The notes: a model not told the origin generated them from the sequence alone. 20,496 nucleotides of DNA from Promethearchaeia archaeon (GCA_046483985.1 JAWOCD010000044.1:1-20496), one strand, 5' to 3'; positions 1-8,388 are shown, numbered from the stretch's first letter. A program made the numbers and translations.

Positions 1-363
1 TTGTGATTCTTTCGTTTTTCGCGATTCTTTCCATTTTTTTCAACTAATTTGAATACCAAAAACCAAATATAAAAATGTTTGTATAATATACGAGATTCAT
101 CCGACAAAAATTACTTCAAGACTTTCTTTTCTTGTTGTGCTAAATTAAAATAGGAAAAAGAAGATAGTTATCTTTATGTCGAGTAAAAATATCTGCTTAT
201 GGAAAAATCCACGTTCTTCTTTTTCCCAATTAAATATAGGTGCGAGGTTTAATAAAAGGTTTTTGGTCTATATTATTAAGTCGTTTTGTAAGCCGGTACG
301 GAAACGATATGACGGACACTCGAGCGAGGAGTTTCCTATCGTTACTTTGTTTTAATCTAGTGA

Positions 364-1025
364 TTATTTCATCGCCCCATTTGACCAGAGATCATAAGCC
401 TTCTGTTCTTTTTCCTTGGACTCGACCAAGTATTTCCACAAATATTTCCCTTGTAGCCTTGCCGGAGGGAAATGTCCGTGCTCCGAGATATATGCATGTA
501 ATACAAACTCTTGATGCTGATAAACGGGGTCGGGCTGTTTTCTAAGGTTTCCATTCGCCTTAATCCGGGAATGTTTTCCCTCTACCACGTTCGAGGTCAA
601 GTGTTTTCCCTTAAAAATTTTTAACAAGGGTGTTAACATCTCCGTCATCCACGTGGAGGAGCCGGCACGCAACGAGACCTTGCCGTTCTCGGGATTTACA
701 AATACTTTTGCCGTCCCTTCTCGCTTTTTCTTGTATTCTTTATACTTCTCGTATTTTTGCCGCCATCGGGAACCGCAGTATTCCGTCCATGCGCGTCGGA
801 TTTCGTCCTTACTGGGACGCCCCCTCCTGGAAAAGAGTTTCTTGTTTTCCTTGGCAAAATATCTTCGTGTTTTCCTTGGCAAAATATCTTCCAATGGGTC
901 TTAAGTTGATAATGGAGCAAATGCGACCCTAAGCATTCGTGTTTGTTGATTAAGATAGTGCCAAGCTTCTCGGGATCGTGTAATTGCTGGACATGAATGA
1001 CGTCGGGAAAGTTCCGTGCTGCATA
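364..1025 (-). pseudogene. DDE-type IS transposase, 5'-truncated and frameshifted
   Basis: The upstream frame (about 1025-870) reads YAARNFPDVIHVQQLH, resembling the transposase 'FP..hq...H' segment. The downstream frame (894-364) has TSNVVEGKHSRIK, a T-N-x-x-E-x(6)-K catalytic Glu motif. The frames are disjoined at the 843-891 duplication, and no N-terminus is visible. Confidence 0.7.
843..891. repeat. Direct tandem duplication, 24-bp unit with 25-bp period (TGTTTTCCTTGGCAAAATATCTTC x2)
   Basis: Identical copies at 843-866 and 868-891, read directly. Confidence 0.95.
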
Positions 1026-1246
1026 TTACTATATTCTCTCTCATTTTATCTCGTTTTTTCAGTATGTTATAATCCTATACGATTCCGATAATTTATAGTT
1101 CCGAATATCCAGCAATTCACATAATCATACCGGACAGACTCGGCCCGTATGAATTAACGGTGTCTATTTATAAATTGGTTTTAATATCTAAAGGGCAAAA
1201 TGAGGTTTCTAACCAGAGCAATAATATCGAGTTTTTACTAAATCAA

Positions 1247-1891
1247 TTATAGAGAAACAAAATCCTCATCTATGATTTCCATCTCTTGAATAAGATTATA
1301 ATAATTCTTTCTTAAAGTGAATTGAATATGCGTCATATCTTTAAGAACCCCTGAATAAAATATATCTTTTCCGGCGGGAAACGCGCCTCTCACAGATTTT
1401 ACTTCAAATCCAAGATCATATGCTAAGTGGCAAATAGTTTCCACGATGGAATTATCTAAATAGTGATAAGCTTCTTGATTTTCAATAGTCCAATTCATTT
1501 TTTCCAAATAATGGTCATATATTTCACGGATCCTAAGAAATAACGATTGAGCAGGCTTCCCACAGAAACACAGGCAATTAATTAAGTTTATATTTGCTTT
1601 CATTACTCTAAACCGAATTCTATTTTTTTCAGTAGTAAGTTTCTTCCGTGTTATGAACTTAGCCCACCCTCTTGCGTATAAAGGGGCATCTTGAAAGAAA
1701 TATAATCCCGTGCCTAACCAATTACCGTTATGGGTGGACAAATGGAATTTTTTTGATTCATAATCATTAAAGCGTTCTTCCCAATACCCATGATATCCAG
1801 TCACAGGACCGATATTTTTTAATGAATCGCGAAAAAATCTTTCAGCTTCTTTTTTGGAATACTCTTTGAAGAATTTTTCGGAAAAAGACAT
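1247..1891 (-). CDS. Putative ADP-ribosyltransferase-fold (PARP-like) protein, possible toxin
   Basis: GYHG near the N-terminus, WLGTGLYFF, AxxWA, VRGAF and a C-terminal THIQF. This is the motif order of HYE-clade ART domains. Confidence 0.65.
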   Translation of the reverse strand: MSFSEKFFKEYSKKEAERFFRDSLKNIGPVTGYHGYWEERFNDYESKKFHLSTHNGNWLGTGLYFFQDAPLYARGWAKFITRKKLTTEKNRIRFRVMKANINLINCLCFCGKPAQSLFLRIREIYDHYLEKMNWTIENQEAYHYLDNSIVETICHLAYDLGFEVKSVRGAFPAGKDIFYSGVLKDMTHIQFTLRKNYYNLIQEMEIIDEDFVSL

Positions 1892-1908
1892 AGTTTATTT
1901 CTTAATTA

Positions 1909-2139
1909 TTACTCATCTTCAAAATCATATTCATCAAGGAATTTATACATTGGAGGTTCCTCGCATCCACCCGCTTCATCTTTTATAACTATTTTATTAT
2001 CCTTGACGGATAACCCTCCCAATTCAATACATTTTTTAAACGAATATTCAGGATGCTCAAATACCTTATCAAGAAATCTCTCTTGTTGTTTCTTAATTTC
2101 GGAATAATCCACAATCCCTTTTTTTTTATCTTTTTTCAC
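1909..2139 (-). CDS. Small hypothetical protein, candidate antitoxin or partner of the ART gene
   Basis: 76 aa, GTG start, basic N-terminus and very acidic C-terminus (DEYDFEDE). It ends 17 bp before the ART start on the same strand. Confidence 0.55.
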   Translation of the reverse strand: MKKDKKKGIVDYSEIKKQQERFLDKVFEHPEYSFKKCIELGGLSVKDNKIVIKDEAGGCEEPPMYKFLDEYDFEDE

Positions 2140-2264
2140 GGACTATTGAACCTCTATTACTATTTATAATAACTTTTATGTGCTTTTAAATCTCACTATA
2201 AATAAGGTATTTTTCCTATAAATGTTTAAGTGTTAATAATATTTTTAATTAATCCATTTGCCCA

Positions 2265-2456
2265 TTTGAAGATAATATTTTAACAATATTAATTAAATAT
2301 GGCAATGTTAGTACAATTGGTGGGAGAGATTCGACAATTATTCACTCTATGGATTCTCATACGGTTAGAAATATTATTACAAATGATAAGGGATTAGAGA
2401 AAGTTGAGTTCATTGAAGTCCATAATCCATTGAGTCAACTTAAAGAATTCGATTAA
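2265..2456 (+). pseudogene. PIN-domain (VapC-like) toxin C-terminal remnant
   Basis: Hand translation gives FEDNILTILIKYGNVSTIGGRDSTIIHSMDSHTVRNIITNDKGLEKVEFIEVHNPLSQLKEFD*. GGRD and IITNDKG match the PIN C-terminal acidic motifs. There is an in-frame TAA at 2250-2252 and the N-terminal half is missing. Confidence 0.7.
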
Positions 2457-2466
2457 TATTAATTTT

Positions 2467-3654
2467 TTAGGTTTTTAATGAGGAGAAGACTTGATTCCCA
2501 AGAGGAGTAATTTTCACCTTAAACTCATCGAAATTTGAGAGATCACTTGGGTCATTAGAATTCAAATCGAATAGTCCAAAATGCTTGAATAAAAGTAATA
2601 ATTTGTCCAAAAAGAGTCCAAAATAATACAGCCTTTTACTAAAACCAAGGCTTTCTTGAACATTTCTATCCACCAAGGCGAGAAAGCTCCTAATAGGGAA
2701 CCATTTATCTACAGGGATGGTTGAGAATGAATCTGAAAGGAGATACCTATCGGCAAAAAGCCATCGTGGGCGACCAGCACAACTATATTCATTTAACCGA
2801 TACCAGCTTATTTTATCCCATAACCCCCGAAATAAGATCAAATATTGGTGCTCTGGGGTAAATTTTAAATAATTCTGAAATAATGGGGTTGTTTTGAACC
2901 TCATCTTTGGCGTGTATGTACAAAATCCCAACCTTTTGGCGACCAAGAAAAAGAAATGTATCAAAACCGTGTCTTGTTGGTCCACATAGTCATCTAATTC
3001 TTCAGAATTATTCACCATTGAATTTATTTTAAGAATATCTTCCCTTTTTAGACAAAATAACCCATTAGTTAGGTTTACTCCCTTTTCAAAATTAGATATA
3101 TAATTACAAAATATTTTAAAATCTTCTACGATGGGACGCATATTGGGAAAAAGGCTTTCAGGTATGCCTTCAATGAATCCCTTTTCCGCTTCTAATAGGG
3201 ACGTTAATTCATGTTTTAAATCTTCTTCATTTTTTACATCTTTATCACATAACCATCCTTCAAAATCCTCGTTCCACGTCTCAGAATCTGGATTAAGATC
3301 AATGTACCGCTCAAATTTTTCAACAAAGACTTTAGGATATTTATATGTCTGCTTTAAAGAATCGTATTGGTCTCGAGAAATTATTTCGGAATGGTAAAGA
3401 AAACTCGAAAACTTCTTAAATTTCCTCAACATAGGTTGGATGTCGCCTTTACCAAAATCGCCAATCTTACGAATTGCCCAATCTCCCAAGAAATCTTGGA
3501 TTGTAATATCATTTAAGTCCGATAGATGTTGTCCATTATAAGGGCTCAGATAAGCATCTCTAAAAAACTTAAAAAACCCGATGTGGTCGTTAATGTATTC
3601 CTCTCTATGACCTTTTTCTTCTAAATATTCTTTATATTCCTTTAAGATTGTCAT
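2467..3654 (-). CDS. Hypothetical protein; N-terminal helical region resembling integrase SAM-like domains, with no catalytic recombinase motif seen
   Basis: Intact 395-aa ORF. The N-terminus pattern 'EYKEYL..F..F..YL..LSDLNDITIQDFL..KKFSSFLY' is integrase N-domain-like. The C-terminal part (IVEDFKIFCNYI..GVNLT) loosely recalls regions found in pRiA4b ORF-3-type proteins. Confidence 0.5.
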   Translation of the reverse strand: MTILKEYKEYLEEKGHREEYINDHIGFFKFFRDAYLSPYNGQHLSDLNDITIQDFLGDWAIRKIGDFGKGDIQPMLRKFKKFSSFLYHSEIISRDQYDSLKQTYKYPKVFVEKFERYIDLNPDSETWNEDFEGWLCDKDVKNEEDLKHELTSLLEAEKGFIEGIPESLFPNMRPIVEDFKIFCNYISNFEKGVNLTNGLFCLKREDILKINSMVNNSEELDDYVDQQDTVLIHFFFLVAKRLGFCTYTPKMRFKTTPLFQNYLKFTPEHQYLILFRGLWDKISWYRLNEYSCAGRPRWLFADRYLLSDSFSTIPVDKWFPIRSFLALVDRNVQESLGFSKRLYYFGLFLDKLLLLFKHFGLFDLNSNDPSDLSNFDEFKVKITPLGNQVFSSLKT

Positions 3655-3982
3655 ATTTTTATCATGAAATATTCTGAAAGTTAAGTTCTATTATGCTGCA
3701 GTTAATTAAATCATCTTCCCTTAATTAAAAACCATATTAAAGAGAAAATAACCTTTTTTTTGATAAACTTATGAAATTTTTCTATGGCTCGAGAAATTTA
3801 GGAAGCTACTTCTTTTCTGTAATACCTTTAGGCATGTTCCTTTTATCATTTGATATGCGAGAAAAATGAATAAAAATTTAAAGTACTTTTTCTACTTATA
3901 TATTGTATTATTTCAATATGATACCCAATGAATAATTGAGGCTGTAAATTGGATATCATTCCAATAAATCATTTGAGTTATT

Positions 3983-4158
3983 ATGAGTAAAGAAAAAGTG
4001 GAGTTATTTTTTGAACGAGCAGAGAATTTTTTAAAGGGGGCGTGTGAGCGATTCGAGGATGAAGACTGGGATCTTACATGTTTTTTAGCAGAACAATCCG
4101 CTCAACTTTATTTAAAAGCATTAATTTTAGAACAGACCGGCGATTTTCCGAGAATACA
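3983..4158 (+). pseudogene. HEPN-domain protein, 5' half only
   Basis: ERAENFLKGA..WDLTCFLAEQSAQLYLKALIL..GDFPRI is a typical HEPN N-terminal half and parallels the ORF at 14686-15123. It breaks where the H-x-L motif should follow. Confidence 0.8.
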
Positions 4159-4360
4159 AGCGTGACGGATATGGAAGGGATGTTGAATGGAACTGCCTTC
4201 ACAACGGCGAATTATGACAGCTTGCTGGTTGAGTGGTCCAATCTCACAACCTTGCAAACCGGCGTCACCTTGGGCGTGGGCGATGTGCAATACACCCCGG
4301 GGGGCGATGCGGAGAATGCCCGTGATTACTTGGTGAACACGAAAGGCTGGAAAATTAACT
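4156..4360 (+). pseudogene. BspA/DUF285-type surface protein fragment (last repeat plus capping region)
   Basis: TSVTDMEGML..TTANYDSLLVEWS..LQTGV..QY..ARDYLV..GWKI, in a visibly more GC-rich patch than the flanks. Confidence 0.75.
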
Positions 4361-4361
4361 A

Positions 4362-4575
4362 TTAGGACAGTACGGTAAAAATGAATTGGAAAAACGTGAA
4401 GGAATCTCTGCTTGGGATATTTTTGTTTCGCAATTCAAGGATTTCCTGGTTTATCTCTTGCTATTTGCTATTGCTATATCGATTTTTGTTGGGCTTTATG
4501 AACTATCCCCGGGGAATGAACCATCGGAATTTCTAGATGCCTTGGTTATTTCCATTATCCTAATAGTAAATGCGA
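4362..4575 (+). pseudogene. Third P-type ATPase copy, M1-M2 fragment only
   Basis: QYGKNELEKREGISAWDIFVSQFKDFLVYLLLFAIAISIFVGLYELSPGNEPSEFLDALVISIILIVNA aligns without gaps to both full ATPases in the window. Similarity stops abruptly after VNA. Confidence 0.9.
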
Positions 4576-4651
4576 AGTCTTTTTCAACTTTTCGGTATTA
4601 TTGTCGCCACCTACAAGCCCAATAAACACTAAGACTAATTTGCTAATTTAT

Positions 4652-4661
4652 AAAAAAAAAA
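4652..4661 (-). terminator. Oligo-T terminator for ATPase 1
   Basis: T10 on the minus strand, 16 bp downstream of the stop at 4678. Confidence 0.55.
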
Positions 4662-4677
4662 TTAGAAATAAAAACTT

Positions 4678-7530
4678 TTAACTTGTGAATTGGGTCATAT
4701 CTTTCTTAACTCTAATTCTCCATTTTCGTATCTCGTCTACAACAAATACGCTGAATGCGGCTAATAGAAGAATGATCCAATAGTAGGGATGAAATAATGG
4801 AACTACATTGAATACTATTCCCAAAGGAGTATAAAGGATTACTAATTGTAATATGAAAGAGGATCCAGTTGCCCAGAATAGATGTTTGTTTGGAAACTTC
4901 CAGAAAGGTTTCACATTTGAAGTACAAGCATATACAAATATCAACTCACATACAACTAAGTTCGTAAATACTATTGTTTGGGCCAATGCGATTTTATATT
5001 CTGTGGCAGTGAATGCTACACCAAAAAATGTTCCTCCATTTAACAAGAATGGATCAATACCAGTCGTCTCCCATATTGGAAATATTACTGTCCATAATAA
5101 CACATAAAGCAGAATGTCTGTAATTGCGGTGTATATTCCAATTAATAGAACTGGACCTTTAATCTCTGAAACAAGTGAAAATCCTTCTCTGGGTTCATCT
5201 TTCATGACATCAGGGTCCGTGGGTGTCAGCCCGAGTACCATTGCCGGAATCCCATCTGTCGCAATATTCAACCATAATATTTGGACTACTGTGATGGGTA
5301 AAGCGAGGAATATCCCTCCGAAAAATGCCATAACAACATAGGCTGTGAGAAGTAAGAAAATCTCATCGAAATTCGTACTTAACATGTATCTGAAGAATCC
5401 TTTTGTCGTTTCAAAAATCCCGCGCCCTTCCTCTATAGCAGCTACGATTGTGGAGTAATCGTCATCCAGCAAAATCATATCGGACGCTTCACGGGTGACT
5501 TCGGTACCCTTAATTCCCATCGCTACCCCTACATTCGCACCCTTTACCGCGGGGGCATCGTTTACGCCATCTCCCGTCATTGAAACCACCATTCTCTCAC
5601 TCTTTAATGCTTTAAGGATTCGTAGTTTATCTTTTGAAGTGACTCGAGCAAAAATATCTACATCTTCAACTCTTCTGAGTAAATCACCATCGGTCATTTC
5701 TTCTAGTTCTGCGCTTGTTATTGCTTCCTCATTATCCGTTAATCCAATCTCCTTGGCAATTGCTATTGCTGTAATTTTATGATCTCCCGTGAGCATGATT
5801 GTTCGAATACCTGCTCTTCGTGCTTCTTCAATGGATTGCTTGACCTCATCTCTTGCGGGGTCAATAATCCCCGCCAATCCGAGATAAGTGAAACCTTGCT
5901 CAATATCCTCTTCGGAATAGTCTTCTTCCAAAGGTTTATATGCGATCCCTAAAACCCGTAGGGCATTTTCGGCAAATTCATTATTTTTGGAAAGAATTTT
6001 TTCCCTTACTTCTCCAATATCTTTTATTTCACCGTTATAAAGCCCTTTTCCAGCTTTCTCTATAAGCACATCTGGAGCCCCCTTAATCAATGAAAATAAT
6101 TCTCCGTCCTTTCTAACCACGACGGACATCATTTTTCGATCGGAATTAAAGGGAATTTCATCAATTTTTTCTACTTCCGTGTTAAGATTCATTTTTTTGG
6201 CAAGAATTTTTAGTGATATTTCCGTAGGATCTCCGATAACATCTGTTTTATTTGTTCCGTCTTCTCGTGGGGTGACTGTAGAGTTATTACAATACTGGCA
6301 GACTTCTAAATATTTCTTTAAATGTTTATTATCATCAATTGGTACGCGCTTTCCCGAATTTCCTACAATTTTTCCTTCGAGAGTATATCCAATCCCCTCT
6401 ACGTCATATTCTTCTCCCCCAAGAAATACTTTCTTAACCGTCATCTCATTTTTCGTTAAGGTTCCTGTCTTATCAGAACAAATAATATTGACCCTTCCTA
6501 GCGTCTCTACAGCAGTTAAAGTTTTCACTAAAGCATTTCGCTGGGCCATTCTTCGCATACCTATGCTCATAACCACGGTAATTACCACTACAAGTCCTTC
6601 TGGTACAGCTGATACAGCAAGACTAATAGCTAGTTCAAATGCATGGATAAGCTCTTGAATTTGATCCGGATCGAATGTAAACCCCTCTATTGCCAGTATG
6701 ATTAATTCTACTATAAAGATAGAAAAACAGAGAATTAGGATAATTATACCTAATGTTTTTCCAAAACTATCAACTTCTTTTTGGAAAGGGCTTTTTTCAT
6801 GGGTTTCTTCCTGTATTTTTTCGGCAATTTTACCCACTTCGGTGTCCATTCCGGTTCTTACTACAATCGCAAGACCATTTCCACGCGTCATCACTGTATT
6901 ACTAAAGACCATGTTTTTTCTATCTGCTAACATTGTTTTTTCGTCATATAATTTAAGATCTTTCTTAACTGGTTGTGATTCTCCCGTAAGAATCGCCTCG
7001 TCAGCGTAGAGTGAATATCCTTTTATTAATCTTGCATCTGCGGCAACTTTATCTCCCTCATTTAATTTAAGTAAATCTCCCGGGACAATGTTTTTAGCAT
7101 CAATTTTCTTAACTTCCCCCTCTCTAATCACTTTTGCGTAATGTGGAGCCATTTTCTTTAAGCTTTCTAAAGCTCTTTCCGCCTTATATTCTTGATAAAA
7201 TCCTAATATAGCGTTTACTATAAGAATAACAGCGATAACAAGGGCATCTATAAATTCCGAAGCCTCTTCACCTATGGATAAGTTATAAATCCCAATAATG
7301 ATGGATATAGCAATAGCAAAAAGTAATAGGTAGACCAGGAAATCTTTAAACTGACTTAGTAAAATTTTCCATGGTGAAACTCCTTTAGATTTCTTAACTT
7401 TATTAGTTCCGAATTTTTCAAGGCGTCTTTTTGCCTCTTCTTCGCTAAGACCATTCTCAATGGATGTATCTAATTCTTGCTCGATTTTTTCAACTTCTAA
7501 CGTGTGTGCATGTATTTCTTTGTTTTTCAT
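4678..7530 (-). CDS. P-type IIA (SERCA/PMR1-like) cation-transporting ATPase, probably Ca2+
   Basis: Motifs TGES, PEGL, DKTGTLT, KGAP, DPAR, TGDGVND, M5 STNFDE and M6 WLNIATDG; 950 aa. Confidence 0.95.
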   Translation of the reverse strand: MKNKEIHAHTLEVEKIEQELDTSIENGLSEEEAKRRLEKFGTNKVKKSKGVSPWKILLSQFKDFLVYLLLFAIAISIIIGIYNLSIGEEASEFIDALVIAVILIVNAILGFYQEYKAERALESLKKMAPHYAKVIREGEVKKIDAKNIVPGDLLKLNEGDKVAADARLIKGYSLYADEAILTGESQPVKKDLKLYDEKTMLADRKNMVFSNTVMTRGNGLAIVVRTGMDTEVGKIAEKIQEETHEKSPFQKEVDSFGKTLGIIILILCFSIFIVELIILAIEGFTFDPDQIQELIHAFELAISLAVSAVPEGLVVVITVVMSIGMRRMAQRNALVKTLTAVETLGRVNIICSDKTGTLTKNEMTVKKVFLGGEEYDVEGIGYTLEGKIVGNSGKRVPIDDNKHLKKYLEVCQYCNNSTVTPREDGTNKTDVIGDPTEISLKILAKKMNLNTEVEKIDEIPFNSDRKMMSVVVRKDGELFSLIKGAPDVLIEKAGKGLYNGEIKDIGEVREKILSKNNEFAENALRVLGIAYKPLEEDYSEEDIEQGFTYLGLAGIIDPARDEVKQSIEEARRAGIRTIMLTGDHKITAIAIAKEIGLTDNEEAITSAELEEMTDGDLLRRVEDVDIFARVTSKDKLRILKALKSERMVVSMTGDGVNDAPAVKGANVGVAMGIKGTEVTREASDMILLDDDYSTIVAAIEEGRGIFETTKGFFRYMLSTNFDEIFLLLTAYVVMAFFGGIFLALPITVVQILWLNIATDGIPAMVLGLTPTDPDVMKDEPREGFSLVSEIKGPVLLIGIYTAITDILLYVLLWTVIFPIWETTGIDPFLLNGGTFFGVAFTATEYKIALAQTIVFTNLVVCELIFVYACTSNVKPFWKFPNKHLFWATGSSFILQLVILYTPLGIVFNVVPLFHPYYWIILLLAAFSVFVVDEIRKWRIRVKKDMTQFTS

Positions 7531-7618
7531 AATTATTTCAAGTATAATATTTAGTGATTAATAAAATATTTGAGTTTATTTTAAATTTAACTTCCAAAGT
7601 GGGTAAATATTTCCTTGC

Positions 7619-7693
7619 GTAGAGATATTAGATAGGGTAATTCAAAGAACAAAGGATAATGGAAAGAAGACTGTTAAACCAAGAGATATTTAG
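7619..7693 (+). pseudogene. Histone-fold protein, 3' remnant
   Basis: Hand translation gives VEILDRVIQRTKDNGKKTVKPRDI*, matching the alpha2-L2-short alpha3 end (R..NG.KTV..RD) of short archaeal/bacterial-type histones. There is an in-frame TAA at 7604-7606 and no N-terminus. Confidence 0.7.
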
Positions 7694-7723
7694 AAAATAA
7701 AATCTTTCGCAATGAGAAAAGAT

Positions 7724-7738
7724 AAAAAAAAAAAAAAA
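7724..7738 (-). terminator. Oligo-T (T15) terminator downstream of the SECIS-bearing gene
   Basis: A15 on the plus strand, about 40 bp beyond the SECIS hairpin. Confidence 0.6.
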
Positions 7739-7777
7739 GAAGTTCAAATGAAACTTTAAAAACGGTTGCTTATACCG

Positions 7778-7819
7778 AAAATCACTCACCTTCTAACATT
7801 TGTAAGGGAGGTCATTTTT
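7778..7819 (-). promoter_or_regulatory. Putative eukaryote-like SECIS element (3' UTR)
   Basis: The minus strand reads AAAA-AUGA-C-CUC-CCUU-AC-AAA-UGUUAG-AAGG-U-GAG-U-GA-UUUU. It has an AUGA/GA core, CUC:GAG and CCUU:AAGG pairing, apical AAA and an outer A:U helix. The AUGA begins 4 nt after the stop of a gene with an in-frame UGA. Confidence 0.8.
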
Positions 7820-8188
7820 TTATGCATTTAACTTTTCCATGGTAAGTTGGGCCATCTTTCTACCGAAACGATTAGTAACTTTCACATCTATCATAATAGT
7901 ATCGTAGGTGTTTAATGTATCGAAAAGACTTTCCTCTATATAGACATCGATTAGTTTATTAAGTTCATTTCTTCCTTCGAATTCATTATATTGCCTAAAT
8001 CGTTCTCTCTCCGATAACTCAGACTTAGATATGAGTTGGACCACATCTTGACAGTAATACCCTGATCAAGATCGGGTCGATTGCTGATACATCGCAATGA
8101 CGAAATCTTTGTTTTTCTGGTCTTGTAGATGTTTATCAAAGTAATCGTTAATTATTCCGGTTGCTTGTTTGCTAATTGCTATTTTCAT
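7820..8188 (-). CDS. Putative selenoprotein (122 aa, Sec41), HesB-like / CC-Se-motif-like
   Basis: ATG at 8188, a single in-frame TGA at 8068-8066 and TAA at 7822-7820. Sequence: MKIAISKQATGIINDYFDKHLQDQKNKDFVIAMYQQSTRS-U-SGYYCQDVVQLISKSELSERERFRQYNEFEGRNELNKLIDVYIEESLFDTLNTYDTIMIDVKVTNRFGRKMAQLTMEKLNA. There is a purine-rich AAGGA/AGGA upstream and a SECIS-like hairpin downstream. Confidence 0.8.
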
Positions 8189-8388
8189 AGTAAATCCTAA
8201 TTCCTTGTAGTTATATAATAAAACCAGTGAAAATTATAAAACATTTAGATTTTAAAATATAATAACGTGAAGGAAATCGCCTTATTTATATAATCTTATA
8301 TTTCTAATCTAAAACAATATAAAATATCGAAATTTAATTTAAATACTATCATATTTGTTTTAAAAATCTACTAAAAAATGAAATAAAA

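Noticed and set aside
1-34. Possible gene start running off the left edge (MERIAKNERIT, minus strand)
   Set aside because: Eleven codons only; it cannot be assessed within this window.
843-891. 24-bp direct repeat as a CRISPR array
   Set aside because: Only two copies with a 1-bp spacer, and no cas genes.
240-932. Plus-strand ORFs 240-545, 630-932 and 653-904
   Set aside because: They are antisense to the transposase remnant and have no recognisable motifs.
1040-1165. Possible decayed C-terminal membrane-anchor (PGY-type) remnant on the minus strand
   Set aside because: It needs several frameshifts to read and cannot be supported by eye.
3806-3835. Minus-strand MPKGITEKK*, resembling a TetR-family N-terminus
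   Set aside because: Only nine codons, too short to support.
4078-4365. 95-aa ORF as a real gene
   Set aside because: It is chimeric: an off-frame HEPN segment joined to a BspA fragment.
4853-7009. Plus-strand ORFs inside ATPase 1, and similar antisense ORFs within ATPase 2, the GTPase, acdB, the SDR and the surface protein
   Set aside because: These are antisense or alternate-frame shadows of well-supported genes.
7951-8139. 62-aa minus-strand ORF and the 74-aa ORF 7820-8044 as separate genes
   Set aside because: Better explained by the single 8188-7820 UGA read-through gene; the 62-aa ORF is an alternate frame.
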